Under the pieces are notes generated by a model. It had not been told where the DNA came from. It worked only from the letters and a program-made list of their open reading frames with translations, and ran no database searches. Shown piece by piece: positions 61,329 through 64,000 of a stretch of DNA of 64,000 nucleotides. The position numbers and the translations under genes were made by a program. Numbering within the stretch: position 1 is the stretch's first letter; each line of letters begins with the position of its first letter. The stretch comes from Peribolospora baueri (taxonomy: Eukaryota): contig JAMDHS010000042.1 of NCBI GenBank assembly GCA_029717555.1, forward strand, positions 1 to 64,000, read 5' to 3'.

Positions 61329-62479
61329 ATGTCTCTCAATTGGACCATGATTGCCGCGGACGGGACGAATCCCGTGCCGTTACCCAAGGAAAAGGTCTTC
61401 CTGTCCCAGGACGCGTGCCAGGTCTCCATCACATTCGGCAACCCTGCGGGCTACCCCGGCCGGGCTGGTGCCAAGTGGGAGGCTCCTGCGACTGTGTTCG
61501 TCACGAACCAGAGGGTAAGTTTGGTCAGCAGCGACGGTCCATTTCTGCCACAGGATCCGCTCTTTCGTCCTTCTGTCTGATACCGTCCACTCTGTGACTC
61601 CGTCGCAGGTCATCGCCATTCGCCAACCCGCCCTGCCGCCGGCCCAAGTCCAACCGAGCACTCTGAACACCCTCTCTGTCCCTCTCTCCAACCTGCATGA
61701 CACTCGCCTCAACATTCCTATCTTTTCTGCTTCCAACTTTGAGGCCTCCGTTATCACCGTCCGAGGCGGAGGCTTCCCCGAAGCGCCGCCGGGTCAGGCC
61801 TCCGTGGGCGCGTTGAAGATAGTGTTCAGAGAGGGCGGAGGCGCGACGTTTAGGGACGCGGTGGAGGAGGTGAAGACGAGGTTGGAGCATAGTGAATCGG
61901 GCACGGTCGAGCACATGGACGACCTTCGTGAGTAAATTCATGTCGCTCCATTTCGCTCGCCCCGTGGCCGTCCCTCCATCGAGGAACAAAAGGTGGGACG
62001 GCGTTGTGTGCGCATCCTTAACGCTGACCGTCTTCTTCTATGTGCAAATAGCCATGTATACTCCCCCCGCCGACGGCGCCTCTACATCAATGTTAAGCTC
62101 AACTGCAGCACGGGCGCAACCTTCCGCGGACGCGGGTGTTCCCTTGCCCACCCCACTCGTCCGACGAGACTCGACCTGCCCACCTTCTGCGGATCTCGAA
62201 GCAGCACAGGTGGCGGGGGCGCAGGAGGAGCAAGAGGAAGCGGACGAACAGGCAAGGCATGGAGGCGGGGTGGGTATGGGGCCACCTGCGATGGACCCCT
62301 CTTCCACTACCGGTCTCAGTCCGGGTCTGGGATCGATGACGGAGTCTACACCGGCGCCGGAGTCAGCGCCAGTGTCTGCGCTTCCGCCTTGGTCGAGAGT
62401 CCCTAACGAAGGGCAGGCGCCGACGAGTCCAGACGACGCACCGCCCGGGTACGAAGAGGCGACTCGGGGATCGTCCTGA
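61329..62479 (+). CDS. WBP2/GRAM (PH-like) domain protein with C-terminal PPxY motif, 3 exons
   Basis: MSLNWTM...PVPLPKE, VFVTNQRVI, LNIPIFSASNF, KIVFREGGGATF; Pro-rich tail ending PPGYEE. Confidence 0.8.
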
Positions 62480-63487
62480 GGCGCCGCGATCTGAAAGGGC
62501 TCGAGTCTGCGAAGACCTCGTCCTTCCCGTCAACAGATCTCGCTCACCGACCCCGTGCGCATGCGTAGATATACCCTGTCCCCCTTCCAGTTCCTTTCTT
62601 CACCGTTCGTCTTCTGTCGTCCTTGTACTTCCGCACTTGTACCCTCCGTGTGCGCTGTCCTCCATGCAATGTCTACTCGTGTTGCACACCCGAAGTGTGG
62701 ACACAATCCATCCGGTCCTTGTGTTGTAAGGCTGGTGCGGGGTTGCTCGGTAGACCTGAAAGCTGGCGTAGGGTCCTCGGTCGGCCGAATTATTAGCCGG
62801 CTGCAAACGTACGTACATTGCCGAGCACGCACGTCGTCCGTCCACATCCGCTCCCCGTTCTCTTGTTTATGTAAACTCAGGTCCCTGTTTCCATCCGCCC
62901 CACCACCCTCCCTTCCATCCCTCCGTTCCTCATCTTCTCCGGCCTCCTCGCTCTCACCTCTCCAGTGCTTGCGTGGCGTGCGGCTCCAGACGATCGCAAT
63001 CGGTCGTCGACGGGGTGGAGGGATTAGTGCTTCGTGCCCTCCGCGAGCCTGTGCGTACGTGTCTTGGACGTCCCTGATCGCCTCTCCATCTTCCTCGCCT
63101 CGCGTCGCGCGACCTTTGGACGATACCAGCCCACCATTGGCGACGCCGCCACGACTACGGCAGAACAAGAGCGTCTTACTTACGCTTCGGCGATCACCAC
63201 CACCGGGCACGACACAACCGGGACACACCCTACTGCAGTGGCCGTCGCCATCAGATCGCCGCTCCCGCAAGTGCATCCGCCCCACCTGGTCGGCAGCAGT
63301 CCTCCGCTCCACGATCACGACCTTGGCTACACTTCACCCTCCCTCCGACAAGGCATATTGGCCTCCCCTCCTATGGTTTCAGGAGCTATCGCTAACTACG
63401 ATCCCACCCACCTCGCACCCCTTCACCTCCTCCACGCCGGCGCGAGGCTCCCCATCAGCCCATCCCGCTCACGACGGCTCTGCAACC

Positions 63488-63822
63488 ATGTCGGCCGCGC
63501 CATCGGCTGTCCCCAGGCGGGGAAGCCGCGCTCCTTTGGTCTCTGACACCGGTTCACCAGGGTGCGCAAAAGGCAAAGAGGAGCCGGTGGAAGTGAATAT
63601 GGGCGAGGATGCGGCGGGGCGAGAGAGACGAGTCAGCGAGAAGGGCGGAGGGCGGGGAAGGCTTGGGTCTTCGGAAGGGCGGAGTGGGGAGCGGGGGAAG
63701 GAGAAAGAAGAGCAGCATGTGGGTATGGCCGACGGCGTGGCGAAGAAGAACGACCCCGAGGCTGCTAATGGGAGCGGAGCGGATGGGACGGATGGGACAC
63801 AGAAGAGGCCGAAGAAGAGGAG
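63488..63822 (+). CDS. First exon of a gene truncated by the window end; probable nuclear protein, possibly a Zn2Cys6 transcription factor
   Basis: ACCATGT start context, charged low-complexity sequence ending in NLS-like KRPKKRR, then an AG|GTGAGT donor, a CTGAT branch-like site and a pyrimidine tract at the window end. No domain is visible in the window. Confidence 0.5.
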
Positions 63823-64000
63823 GTGAGTTGGCGTTCACGCGGTTCTACTACGTCCAGACGGCAGGGGGAGACACTTTGGAGCTGAGATGGGAGGCGTCCG
63901 GAGCTGGAAACTCCGTGACTGGCAGAACGGGGCCAAGGTTGAGTTAGTAGCTGTCGCGGGGAACACCTTGACTGATGTGACCCTCTCTGTATTTCCTCTC

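Noticed and set aside
62555..63546. Long open frames upstream of and overlapping the last gene (423 aa and 170 aa)
   Set aside because: No recognisable domain; composition fits a 3' UTR, promoter and leader. A uORF role cannot be excluded but is unsupported.

Overview
GC-rich, intron-rich fungal genomic DNA, most likely a basidiomycete (GTGAGT/GTGCGT donors, CTGAC/CTAAC branch points, basidiomycete-type NRPS-like and DUF6533-like genes). Exon structures were traced by hand. Genes in order: delta-12 fatty acid desaturase (-), cystinosin/PQ-loop transporter (-), aryl-aldehyde-type dehydrogenase (+), CIA30 (+), ergothioneine synthase EGT1 (+), amino acid permease (+), PPPDE peptidase (+), MFS transporter (+), SAM methyltransferase pseudogene (-), USP-domain protein (+), PPE1 methylesterase (+), LIM-domain protein (-), NRPS-like A-T-R reductase (-), a broken DUF6533-like membrane-protein gene, cytochrome P450 (+), peroxisomal alpha/beta hydrolase ending in SKL (-), WBP2/GRAM-like protein (+), and a truncated gene at the right edge. 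Most striking: (1) a ~1.1 kb inversion (~49912-51011) that splits one gene so its first three exons are on the - strand and its remaining exons on the + strand, with the 5' part now pointing at the NRPS-like gene; (2) a perfect 65-bp duplication shared by the EGT1 upstream/leader region and an exon region of the methyltransferase pseudogene, exactly 16,000 bp apart; (3) a candidate A-T-R / P450 / peroxisomal hydrolase biosynthetic cluster. No rRNA, tRNA, CRISPR array or transposase was recognised. Family assignments come from remembered motifs, not database searches.
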